Assembly (NCBI GenBank): GCA_018333955.1
Contig: JAGXSD010000042.1
Location: 10,629 to 34,628 of the forward strand
Source: Erysipelotrichia bacterium
GTDB taxonomy: Bacteria; Bacillota_I; Bacilli_A; Erysipelotrichales; Erysipelotrichaceae
Reading direction: 5' to 3'
Length of the DNA stretch: 24,000 nucleotides
Position numbers and translations under genes: made by a program. The notes below the pieces were generated by a model. That model saw nothing but the letters and a program-made list of their open reading frames with translations, did no database searches and was not told the DNA's origin. This document shows positions 6,942 through 14,719 of this stretch, piece after piece. The number at the start of each line of letters is the position of its first letter. Position 1 is the first letter of the stretch.

Positions 6942-8639
6942 TCACATCATGATTCTAAGTAATCCAAGTGTAATCACCCCTACTAGAAACAAAAGTGTAT
7001 ACTTCCAGCCCATGGATAAAAATTGAGTGGGTTTAAGTCTTCCGGCATTAAGTACAACAAGGTGAGTTTGATATCCTAATACATTCATAAATGAGGCACT
7101 TGCTAAGATGGCAATCATGAGCACAAGCACTCTAAACTCAACTTGTACCACGTCATTAAGCATTGCACTAAAACTTAACATCATGGTGGCTGCAACGCCA
7201 TTATTCATAACTTCAGTAAACATCATGGTGAGAAGCGCTATTGAAATCACAAAAGCCCAAAGTGGAATGTTTGTTAAAAATGAACCTAAATGATGACTGA
7301 GTTCTGCTTTAATGATTGGTGCTTGAAACACATGAGCCAAAACAAGTCCAGCATACAGCGACAACATTAGTTTAGGCTGTGATTCCACCTTAAGTGCTTT
7401 AAGTGACATGTCTTTATTGAGAACACTAAGCACAAGCAATATTGGCATGGATACCACATAGGGAACCCATTGAAATACACCCCCAATAATCGCAAAAACA
7501 AACAACACTGAAATAATCGTATTTTTGAAAGTAATTTTATCTGAAACACTATGACGTGAAACTTGTTGGAAAGCAGGATGATGTAAATCATCCTTGGCAT
7601 GCATGACAATAAGTACGGTATCCTTGGCCTTTAAGATGACATCTTGATATGTTCTGATTAATGGTTGACCATATCTTACAATCCCTACAATAATCCCATG
7701 AAGTTGATCTTTAAGTTTAATATCCTTAATGCTTTGATGAAAGTCTTGAATCACCATCGCCTCAACAAGATGAACTTCATCCATGACAGATTTCGATTCA
7801 ATCAAATCTAATCCGCTAAACTGCGTAAGGTGATGAAATAAAGCAACATTACCTCCAAAGAATAATTGATCATGAGCATGCAGGATGGTGTGTTCATTAA
7901 GTGGAAATACAGTTTCACCATGTCTTAATATCAAAGTCGCATACGATTGATTAAGATGCTGTGTGCTTGCTTCCTTAAGCGTTAAACCAATCAAAACTGA
8001 ATTTTCATTGATTTCAAATCCAATAAGATGATCGTGAAGTTGGGCATAGGTTACTTGAACTTGAGTCGATTTAGTTTTTCCTAAATCATGAAGTAACAAT
8101 AAGGTCGCTATCATGGTTAAGGGGAAAGCAAACACTCCAGTCTCAAAAAATCCCAGTGGTGGATATTGATGTTCGATTAACCAAGCATTGACTAATAGGT
8201 TTGTACTTGTCCCAATGAGGGTCAACATCCCTCCAAAAATACTGGCATACGATAATCCAATCCACCATTTGTGATGCGTCGTCTTGACCTTCTCATGAAT
8301 CATTGGAAGTAAAATCATGACCAAGGGAATGTTATTGATGACTGTGGAAAGTGTGATAATCAAGCAAAGAATTAAACTTGGATGAACACTGGCCACAGCT
8401 TTCATTTGAATCTTATAAATCCAAGGTTGACGCTTAATCACTCCACTCATGAGCACTAGAAAGAAAATAGTGAGTAAAGAAGGATTAAAGAGAAGGTTCC
8501 ACCAACTTATTAATGGAATCCACCCAATGAATGTGAAAAGCAGTGCGCTCACAAGCAAGAGTAAATGAGGAGGAATATTTTTAATATTCATCCATGCAAT
8601 CATGACAATAAAGTATATAAAGAGTCCTAGTAAGTTCAT
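6942..8639 (-). CDS. SLC13/ArsB-NhaD-superfamily anion permease with two central TrkA-C (RCK_C) domains (565 aa)
   Basis: Two membrane halves flank two soluble repeats (GFEINENSVLIGLTLKEAS...ILRHGETVFP...LHAHDQLFF and VEAMVIQDFHQSIKDIKLKDQLHGIIVGIVRYGQPL...ILKAKDTVLIV), which are typical TrkA-C inserts. Confidence 0.6.
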   Translation of the reverse strand: MNLLGLFIYFIVMIAWMNIKNIPPHLLLLVSALLFTFIGWIPLISWWNLLFNPSLLTIFFLVLMSGVIKRQPWIYKIQMKAVASVHPSLILCLIITLSTVINNIPLVMILLPMIHEKVKTTHHKWWIGLSYASIFGGMLTLIGTSTNLLVNAWLIEHQYPPLGFFETGVFAFPLTMIATLLLLHDLGKTKSTQVQVTYAQLHDHLIGFEINENSVLIGLTLKEASTQHLNQSYATLILRHGETVFPLNEHTILHAHDQLFFGGNVALFHHLTQFSGLDLIESKSVMDEVHLVEAMVIQDFHQSIKDIKLKDQLHGIIVGIVRYGQPLIRTYQDVILKAKDTVLIVMHAKDDLHHPAFQQVSRHSVSDKITFKNTIISVLFVFAIIGGVFQWVPYVVSMPILLVLSVLNKDMSLKALKVESQPKLMLSLYAGLVLAHVFQAPIIKAELSHHLGSFLTNIPLWAFVISIALLTMMFTEVMNNGVAATMMLSFSAMLNDVVQVEFRVLVLMIAILASASFMNVLGYQTHLVVLNAGRLKPTQFLSMGWKYTLLFLVGVITLGLLRIMM

Positions 8640-8645
8640 AGTTTG

Positions 8646-8654
8646 ATTATTTCA
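8646..8654 (-). promoter_or_regulatory. Extended -10-like TGaAATAAT 6 nt upstream of the ATG at 8639, a leaderless candidate
   Basis: Minus strand reads TGAAATAAT-caaact-ATG, with no SD. Confidence 0.3.
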
Positions 8655-8705
8655 AAAAAGTATCTAAGAGTTTTAGAAATTTTTATCGTTTGATTTGTGA
8701 AAGAA

Positions 8706-9155
8706 TTAGAAATTTGTGATATTTTCATGCTTTAAGAGCACTTTCTTTAAATCTAATCCACTTGAAAAACCACCTAATCCATTGCTAGCAAGCACTCGAT
8801 GACATGGCACCACAATTAAAACAGGATTTTTTGAAATGGCTTGTCCCACGGCACGTGAAGCTTTGGGTTGTCCAATCATTGTTGCAATCTCACCATAAGT
8901 CTTAACTTCTCCAAAAGGGATGGACTGCAATGCTTTAAAAACACGTTTTTGAAACTCAGTATGATCAAATGCAATGAGCCAATCAAAACTAGTTTTGTGG
9001 CCATGCTCATACGCTTTTAAGTCCTCAATCCAACGTATATGACTTGGATCAATCACAATGTCCTGATGCTCAACACGATTTAAAGAACTGACTTGTTTCT
9101 CGTCCGCAATTAGCTGAAATGTTGTCCCTAAGAAGGGAAATGTACTTGTTTTCAT
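8706..9155 (-). CDS. ogt: Methylated-DNA--protein-cysteine methyltransferase (Ogt/MGMT)
   Basis: IPFGEVKTYGEIATMIGQPKASRAVGQAISKNPVLIVVPCHRVL contains the PCHRV active-site motif and a DNA-binding helix-turn-helix. Confidence 0.9.
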   Translation of the reverse strand: MKTSTFPFLGTTFQLIADEKQVSSLNRVEHQDIVIDPSHIRWIEDLKAYEHGHKTSFDWLIAFDHTEFQKRVFKALQSIPFGEVKTYGEIATMIGQPKASRAVGQAISKNPVLIVVPCHRVLASNGLGGFSSGLDLKKVLLKHENITNF

Positions 9156-9161
9156 GTCAAT

Positions 9162-9170
9162 ATATTAGCA
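9162..9170 (-). promoter_or_regulatory. Extended -10 TGcTAATAT 6 nt upstream of the ogt ATG, a leaderless candidate
   Basis: Minus strand reads TGCTAATAT-attgac-ATG. The only SD-like GAGGAA lies about 20 nt away. Confidence 0.4.
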
Positions 9171-9308
9171 CATTTCCTCTTTTTCATATTAAGGAGTTCG
9201 TTTCTTTCTCATTAAAGGTGTCGATTCATCACTCGATAAGACTTTAAAGAGTGGAAATTAATCGCATTTAAGAAACGAAACAGGTACAATGATGTTAGTA
9301 CCATAAAA

Positions 9309-9322
9309 TGTGAAACATCACA
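9309..9322. promoter_or_regulatory. TGTGA-N4-TCACA inverted repeat in the leader of the ICMT-like/crtP operon
   Basis: aaaTGTGAaacaTCACAaaGGAG lies directly after -10-like TAAAAT (9304..9309) and before the RBS (9324..9328). Confidence 0.3.
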
Positions 9323-9334
9323 AAGGAGTCAATC

Positions 9335-9913
9335 ATGCCTTTCTTTTCATTTGAAATTCATAACATTCTTTTTTATATCATTACTATTTTGTGGAATCTA
9401 GAATTTCTAATCTTTAGATCAAAGTATAAAGGGAATAACTACTCAGATAAACAATCCTTCAAAACTATTTTAATCGTAATTGTTACCATTATTGCAGGAA
9501 CCATTGGTTATAATCTCTTAGGTCTATTCACTTTACCTGAATATACCTATGTGTATTTTAATTATGCAGGGATAACTTTATATACCATTGGCATTATTTT
9601 GAGATACAGTGCAAGTATCACTTTAGGACGATATTTCACTCGCAATGTGGAGGTGTCTTCTAATCAAGAACTCATTTCTCATGGTCCTTATAAACTTTTA
9701 GCTCATCCTCTTTATTTAGGGTTATTCCTACTAGTATTAGCCGTCCCAGTGTATTTTGGGCAGTTAGTGTGGATTTTTGGGGCAATATTCTTTTTTGGAC
9801 GTGTCATATTGAATAGAATGAATAGTGAAGAAAAAGCACTAGAAGCATCTTTAGGAGATACTTATGTTAAATGGCGTTCAAAGCGTTATCGTTTTATTCC
9901 TTGGATGTATTAA
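9335..9913 (+). CDS. Isoprenylcysteine carboxyl methyltransferase (ICMT/PEMT)-family membrane methyltransferase
   Basis: About 5 TM plus the C-terminal block ELISHGPYKLLAHPLYLGLFLLVLAVPVYFG, characteristic of the ICMT/phospholipid methyltransferase family. AAAGGAG RBS. crtP follows 9 nt downstream. Confidence 0.7.
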   Translation: MPFFSFEIHNILFYIITILWNLEFLIFRSKYKGNNYSDKQSFKTILIVIVTIIAGTIGYNLLGLFTLPEYTYVYFNYAGITLYTIGIILRYSASITLGRYFTRNVEVSSNQELISHGPYKLLAHPLYLGLFLLVLAVPVYFGQLVWIFGAIFFFGRVILNRMNSEEKALEASLGDTYVKWRSKRYRFIPWMY

Positions 9914-9922
9914 AGAGGTCAA

Positions 9923-11410
9923 ATGAAAAAGAAAGCGATTGTACTTGGAGCAGGTCTAGGTGGACTTAGTGCCGCAATCTCATTGGCACAACTTAATGAA
10001 TATGAAATTCATGTCTTAGAAAAAAATTCACATCGTGGTGGTAAACTTAATATCATTGAAAAAGATGGATTTAAGTTTGATTTGGGTCCTTCAATTGTCA
10101 CTATGCCTTATATCTTTGAGAAACTTTTTACCATGCACGGAAAGCGAATGGAAGATTATCTAATCTTTGAGCCTGTTTTTCCTCATTGGAGAAATTTCTT
10201 TGAAGATGGCACCATCTTAGATATCACTTCCACACTTGATGAGATGCTTAGTAATGTAACTTTAACATCTAAAGATTTAGAAGAACTTAAAGCTTTCTAT
10301 GATTACAGTGAAAAATTATACAAGTTTTCCAATGCGGTTCTCTTTGAAAATCAAAGTGAGCGAAAACTTGATACAATGAAACACTATCCACTCACACACA
10401 TCATTTCTGATTCAGACATGTTCCATACGATGGATGAAGGAGTAAGAACGTATATCTCTAATCCATATCTTATTGATATTCTTAATTATTTCATTAAATA
10501 TGTCGGTTCCTCTCCTTATGATGCCCCTGCAGTTTTAAATCTTCTTCCTTATATTCAATGGAAGTTTGGATTATGGTATGTGAAAGGTGGATTATTTGAA
10601 ATCTCGAATGCCTTGACAACCTTAGCCCATGAACTAAACATTACATTCCATCATAACGTTCAAATTGTGGATGCTAAGATGGATTCAAAAAAGATAGCAG
10701 CTCTAATTAGTCAAGATGGTACCCATTATGAAGCCGATTTATTCATCTCAAACATGGAAGTCATCCCATTCTATAAATTCATTACCAAAGAATCTTCATC
10801 ATTTCTTAAACCTTATGAAAAGAAATATGGTCCCGCATGTTCGGGTTTTGCACTTCACTTAGGCGTGAATAGAACATATCCTCAATTGGCTCATCATAAC
10901 TTCTTTTATTCTAAAAACTCAAAACAAAACTTTGATAATATCTTTCATCACAACATCCTGAATGAAGATCCTACGATTTACTTAGTTGCTCCTATGAAAT
11001 CTGATCCAGATTTAGGACCTCAAGGAAGTGAAATCATTAAGATTCTTCCTCATATTCCAGTAATCGATCCAAATCATCCATTCACAGATCAAGATTATGA
11101 AACCTTTAAACACCATGTCCTTGATAAACTAGAACGTATGGGACTGACTGATTTAAGGAAGCATATTGTGGTGGAAGAAACATGGACACCTCACACCATC
11201 TTAGAAGCTTATCAATCTAATCAAGGATCTATCTATGGGGTTGTCAGTGATAAAAATAAAAACATGGGATTTAAGACACCCAAGTTTAGTTCTAAATACA
11301 AGAACTTATTCTTTGTCGGGGGAAGTGTAAATCCTGGGGGTGGTATGCCTATGGTGATTCTTTCTGGTCAACAAGTTGTTGAGCAAATCAAAACCAAAAT
11401 AAAAGAGTGA
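9923..11410 (+). CDS. crtP: CrtP (CrtNb)-type 4,4'-diapocarotenoid oxygenase, FAD-dependent CrtI family
   Basis: GAGLGGLSAA dinucleotide-binding site. Long blocks match my recollection of S. aureus CrtP: DLGPSIVTMPYIFEKLF, ISNPYL..L.YFIKYVGSSPYDAPAVLN, ISNMEVIP, YPQLAHHNFF, DPTIYLV, LDKLERMGLTDLRKHI, FFVGGSVNPGGGMPMVILSGQQV. Confidence 0.8.
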   Translation: MKKKAIVLGAGLGGLSAAISLAQLNEYEIHVLEKNSHRGGKLNIIEKDGFKFDLGPSIVTMPYIFEKLFTMHGKRMEDYLIFEPVFPHWRNFFEDGTILDITSTLDEMLSNVTLTSKDLEELKAFYDYSEKLYKFSNAVLFENQSERKLDTMKHYPLTHIISDSDMFHTMDEGVRTYISNPYLIDILNYFIKYVGSSPYDAPAVLNLLPYIQWKFGLWYVKGGLFEISNALTTLAHELNITFHHNVQIVDAKMDSKKIAALISQDGTHYEADLFISNMEVIPFYKFITKESSSFLKPYEKKYGPACSGFALHLGVNRTYPQLAHHNFFYSKNSKQNFDNIFHHNILNEDPTIYLVAPMKSDPDLGPQGSEIIKILPHIPVIDPNHPFTDQDYETFKHHVLDKLERMGLTDLRKHIVVEETWTPHTILEAYQSNQGSIYGVVSDKNKNMGFKTPKFSSKYKNLFFVGGSVNPGGGMPMVILSGQQVVEQIKTKIKE

Positions 11411-11426
11411 GATATCACTCTTTTTT
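11401..11426. terminator. Bidirectional hairpin shared by the convergent crtP and 11415..11933 genes
   Basis: AAAAGAGTGA-GATA-TCACTCTTTT. The stems contain both stop codons (TGA 11408..11410 on plus, TGA 11417..11415 on minus). Confidence 0.55.
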
Positions 11427-11933
11427 AATCCAAGGACTGAAGTATATAGGACTATGTGAAGCTACTTTATAAAATAAAACAATGATAAGCGCAATAAAAT
11501 CCCAAGTCATTACATAGACAAACAAATCACTTTGATAAGCTTGTCGATACACACTCCAATCTCCAAAAATCAAGGCCCATAGCAACATTAGGGTTAGAAT
11601 GATATCGATTGATCCTAATAGAAAAAATGAATATTTTTTTAAAGGCTGAGGTTTACTTCTAAAAAGAAATTCTAAAGGAAATAATACAAATCCACCTAAT
11701 CCAAATCCTAATAAAGTAAGCATACTTTGCCACCATGGCTTCTTATCATTGATAGAAAGAATTAAAAAATACATTGGAATAAGTCCTAAAGCATTAAAGA
11801 CAAACCATAAGGAAGGATCAAGGTTTAAACTAAACACTTGATTTAAGAAATCACTTGATGCTCCATTGAGTGAAGCATTGATTGTAACCATCACTAGCAC
11901 AATCCAAATCAATAGTGGCACTCGTCGTTTCAT
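11415..11933 (-). CDS. Uncharacterised small membrane protein (172 aa, about 5 TM), last gene of the ABC1-kinase/CrtN-paralogue operon
   Basis: Its start overlaps the upstream stop (ATGA, 11933..11930). It is hydrophobic throughout. I recognise no family. Confidence 0.6.
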   Translation of the reverse strand: MKRRVPLLIWIVLVMVTINASLNGASSDFLNQVFSLNLDPSLWFVFNALGLIPMYFLILSINDKKPWWQSMLTLLGFGLGGFVLFPLEFLFRSKPQPLKKYSFFLLGSIDIILTLMLLWALIFGDWSVYRQAYQSDLFVYVMTWDFIALIIVLFYKVASHSPIYFSPWIKKE

Positions 11934-13417
11934 TTTAAGTCATCCTTCAAAAGTTGGGTACTGATGAGTGCTGATTGATAGATGGTGGGTAATCCACTTC
12001 CAGGATGAGTTCCTCCACCCACCAGATACAAATTAGGGATATCATTAAAGCGATTATGAGCTCTAAAATACAATAATTGATCAAATGAATGAGCCATATT
12101 AAACGTTGCTCCTAAATAAACCCCGAAATCATCACGCCAGTCAAATGGTGTAATGACTTTCATGGCTTGTATATGCTTTGTGATATCTTTACATCCAGCT
12201 CGCTCCTCTAAAAATTGAAGTACACGTTGAGTATAGTCTTCTTTAAGAACGTTCCAATCAATATCAGCGAGTGTATTAGGAACAGGAACTAAGACATAGA
12301 GTGCGCTATGCCCAACAGGTGCTATTGAAGGGTCAAGCTTCACAGGATTATGAACATAGAAACTTGCATCTGGGGTTAATACTAATCGCTCAGTCATATC
12401 GAGTACATTACTGCGATAATCTTCGGAGAAGATTAGATTATGATGATGAAGATGCTCATATTGAGTATCAAGACCTAGATAAAGCATAAAAGTTGAACAC
12501 GAATAATTCTTTTTACTAAGCTTTTTATTGTTCCATGAAGGACGATGTTTTTCATCGACTAATTCTTGAATACTAGTTGCAAAATCTCCATTAAGAATCG
12601 CTCCATCCACATCAATCTTCTGCTCATTAACAATTATTGAAGTCACTCTTTGATTCTCAATTTCAAGTTGATTGACACGCGCATTAAAGTGAAAGGTTGC
12701 CCCAAACGATTCGGCTTCTTCCTTCATGGCTTGGGCTAATGCATTTAATCCTCCCTTCACATGAAATAAGCCATAGGCATGTTCCATGTAGGAAAGAATT
12801 GAGAATGCACTAGGGCACTGCCATGGTGACATACCTAAGTATTTTGCTTGAAAAGCCATTGCATATATAAGTTCTTCGTCCTTAAAGAAACGTTGTAATC
12901 TTTGGTATAAAGATCTGAATGGATCTAGGTATGGAAGTCCTGTCACAACATCAGGATGTAAATAATCACTAATCTTAGTGAATGGCAGTTTCAAAACCTT
13001 TGAAATCGCACTAAATCGTTTGCCTTCTTCTTTCAGATATTGATCATATCCTCGCTCATTTCCTGGGAAAACACGAGATATTTCTTCTCGCATTACACTT
13101 GGATTGCTACTAGGATAGATTTTCTTATGCTTAAAAATCAGTTGATATAAAGGATCTAGTGGGATAAGGGTGACTTTATCGTCAAGTTTTCGATTCACCT
13201 TTGCAAAGACTTCATCCAGTAAAGGTTTATATAAAAAGAATGTTGGTCCAATATCAAAATGGTAGACATCCTCCAATGTTAAGCGAGCGTTGCGACCTCC
13301 TACGTGAGGTTTTGCTTCATACACATGGACATCGTATCCATCATGGGCTAATAACATCGCCGCTGCAAGTCCACCTGGACCAGCTCCAATAATCGCAATC
13401 TTTTTCTTACTTTCCAT
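11930..13417 (-). CDS. Third phytoene-desaturase-family FAD oxidoreductase (CrtN/CrtI paralogue, possibly CrtNc-like), 495 aa
   Basis: IAIIGAGPGGLAAAMLLA...VGGR Rossmann motif, FDIGPTFF, KGGLNALAQAM, and C-terminal LYLVGGGTHPGSGLPT. The likely start MESKKK at 13417 is preceded by AAGGAG 7 nt upstream and overlaps the kinase gene by 11 nt. Confidence 0.75.
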   Translation of the reverse strand: MESKKKIAIIGAGPGGLAAAMLLAHDGYDVHVYEAKPHVGGRNARLTLEDVYHFDIGPTFFLYKPLLDEVFAKVNRKLDDKVTLIPLDPLYQLIFKHKKIYPSSNPSVMREEISRVFPGNERGYDQYLKEEGKRFSAISKVLKLPFTKISDYLHPDVVTGLPYLDPFRSLYQRLQRFFKDEELIYAMAFQAKYLGMSPWQCPSAFSILSYMEHAYGLFHVKGGLNALAQAMKEEAESFGATFHFNARVNQLEIENQRVTSIIVNEQKIDVDGAILNGDFATSIQELVDEKHRPSWNNKKLSKKNYSCSTFMLYLGLDTQYEHLHHHNLIFSEDYRSNVLDMTERLVLTPDASFYVHNPVKLDPSIAPVGHSALYVLVPVPNTLADIDWNVLKEDYTQRVLQFLEERAGCKDITKHIQAMKVITPFDWRDDFGVYLGATFNMAHSFDQLLYFRAHNRFNDIPNLYLVGGGTHPGSGLPTIYQSALISTQLLKDDLK

Positions 13418-14621
13418 ACACCATCTCCTTAAACTCCTCAATAAATTGACCCACTTCTTTCATAAGCACAGAATCAGGATTTCCTTTAAGTACAATACCA
13501 TCCATATACATATGAGACTTAATAATCGCAAACATGCCTTTCTCAAATTCCATGCCTGATTCAACCCCTAATTTAATCGTCTGCATCATCTTTTTAGTTA
13601 ATGATTCCTCAGACACACTTTTCCCTTCAAAATCTTTGTATAGTTCTTTTAAACCTTCAATATAGCGATCAAGTTTCTTGCCTTCAATGCCTTTAAACGC
13701 CATTTCATTGAGTGAGCGCGCACATCCTTCATAGTTAGCATTGGATAAATTTGCCATAAAATTGAATAAACCAAATCTAATTTTGTCATCCACATGGGCA
13801 ATCGCGCCGGTATCAATAAAGTAAAATCGGGAATCCTTGTATATCATATTTCCTGGATGTAGATCCCCATGAAATGTCCCACTATGATACATATAAAAAC
13901 CATGAAGGCGGAATATTTCAAGTAAATCATCATTGCTTAGCACCTTTAATGGAAGAATCGCATCCACGGTTGGACCATCTAAAAACTCAGAGACAAGGAT
14001 TTTTTCACTGGATAGAGATTCATAGATTTTTGGAAATCCTAGTCGAGATAAATCAAATTTGTCTTTGTTTTGATAATATATTTCCCTAAGAATTTTGCCA
14101 TGAGCAATCTCATTGCGTAAATCAAGTTCGGCTAAAGTATACTCTTTAATATATTCAATGATTCCAATTGGATCTGCCACTTTAGCTAGCTTAGGATAAA
14201 AGAAGATTGCAATCCTCATTAAACGATCAAGTTTACGAACATCTTTTTCAAAATCTTTGGTGAAATCTTGTTTAATGATTTTTATAACAACCTCATCTTT
14301 GTTTTTAAGCCGTGCGCGATGAACTTGCCCTACCGAAGCACTGCCGATAGGATTTGGATCTATCCATTCAAATTGCTCTTGCCAAGACGCATCTGTAAAA
14401 TCATGAATAAGTTTAAAAACATCTTCTGAAGGAAGAGGTAGCGTTGAACTATATAACTGGGCTAAATGAGTGCATTGTTCATGGCTCAAGAAATCAACTC
14501 GAAGAGCGAAGGTTTGAGCTATTTTGACAGCTAAAAGACCTTTGCGCTGTATCGCTTCAAGGTCTGCTTTCTTCTTTGAAAAAATCATGCTCATAAGATG
14601 AATAAAACTAATTGCATTCAT
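13407..14621 (-). CDS. ABC1/UbiB/AarF-family atypical protein kinase, soluble (404 aa)
   Basis: VKIAQTFALRVDFL (KxGQ-like), IGSASVGQVHRARL, VVIKIIKQ (catalytic Lys), ELDLRNEIAHG, ILVSEFLDG, FHGDLHPGNMIY and YFIDTGA. The start is ATG 14621, with AAAGGAG 7 nt upstream; the track's TTG at 14645 is less likely. Confidence 0.8.
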   Translation of the reverse strand: MNAISFIHLMSMIFSKKKADLEAIQRKGLLAVKIAQTFALRVDFLSHEQCTHLAQLYSSTLPLPSEDVFKLIHDFTDASWQEQFEWIDPNPIGSASVGQVHRARLKNKDEVVIKIIKQDFTKDFEKDVRKLDRLMRIAIFFYPKLAKVADPIGIIEYIKEYTLAELDLRNEIAHGKILREIYYQNKDKFDLSRLGFPKIYESLSSEKILVSEFLDGPTVDAILPLKVLSNDDLLEIFRLHGFYMYHSGTFHGDLHPGNMIYKDSRFYFIDTGAIAHVDDKIRFGLFNFMANLSNANYEGCARSLNEMAFKGIEGKKLDRYIEGLKELYKDFEGKSVSEESLTKKMMQTIKLGVESGMEFEKGMFAIIKSHMYMDGIVLKGNPDSVLMKEVGQFIEEFKEMVYGK

Positions 14622-14680
14622 GCCTAGACTCCTTTTAAAAATCAACTAAATCAAGTGTATCATATTCATTGAGCCCAATT

Positions 14681-14713
14681 AAACAAAACACCTGTCGAAC
14701 TATTCGACAGGTG
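14681..14713 (-). terminator. Strong rho-independent terminator after the heliorhodopsin gene
   Basis: Minus strand reads CACCTGTCGAA-TAG-TTCGACAGGTG (14713..14689), an 11-bp perfect stem, followed by TTTTGTTT. Confidence 0.8.
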
Positions 14714-14719
14714 AATGAA

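Noticed and set aside
7108-7609. ORFs 7108..7293(+) and 7367..7609(-) within the SLC13 permease gene
   Set aside because: They are shadow or alternate frames of a long, coherent transporter ORF.
12301-14089. ORFs 12301..12489(+), 13201..13392(+) and 13874..14089(+)
   Set aside because: They are antisense to the CrtN paralogue and ABC1 kinase genes. They have no RBS and no recognisable motifs.
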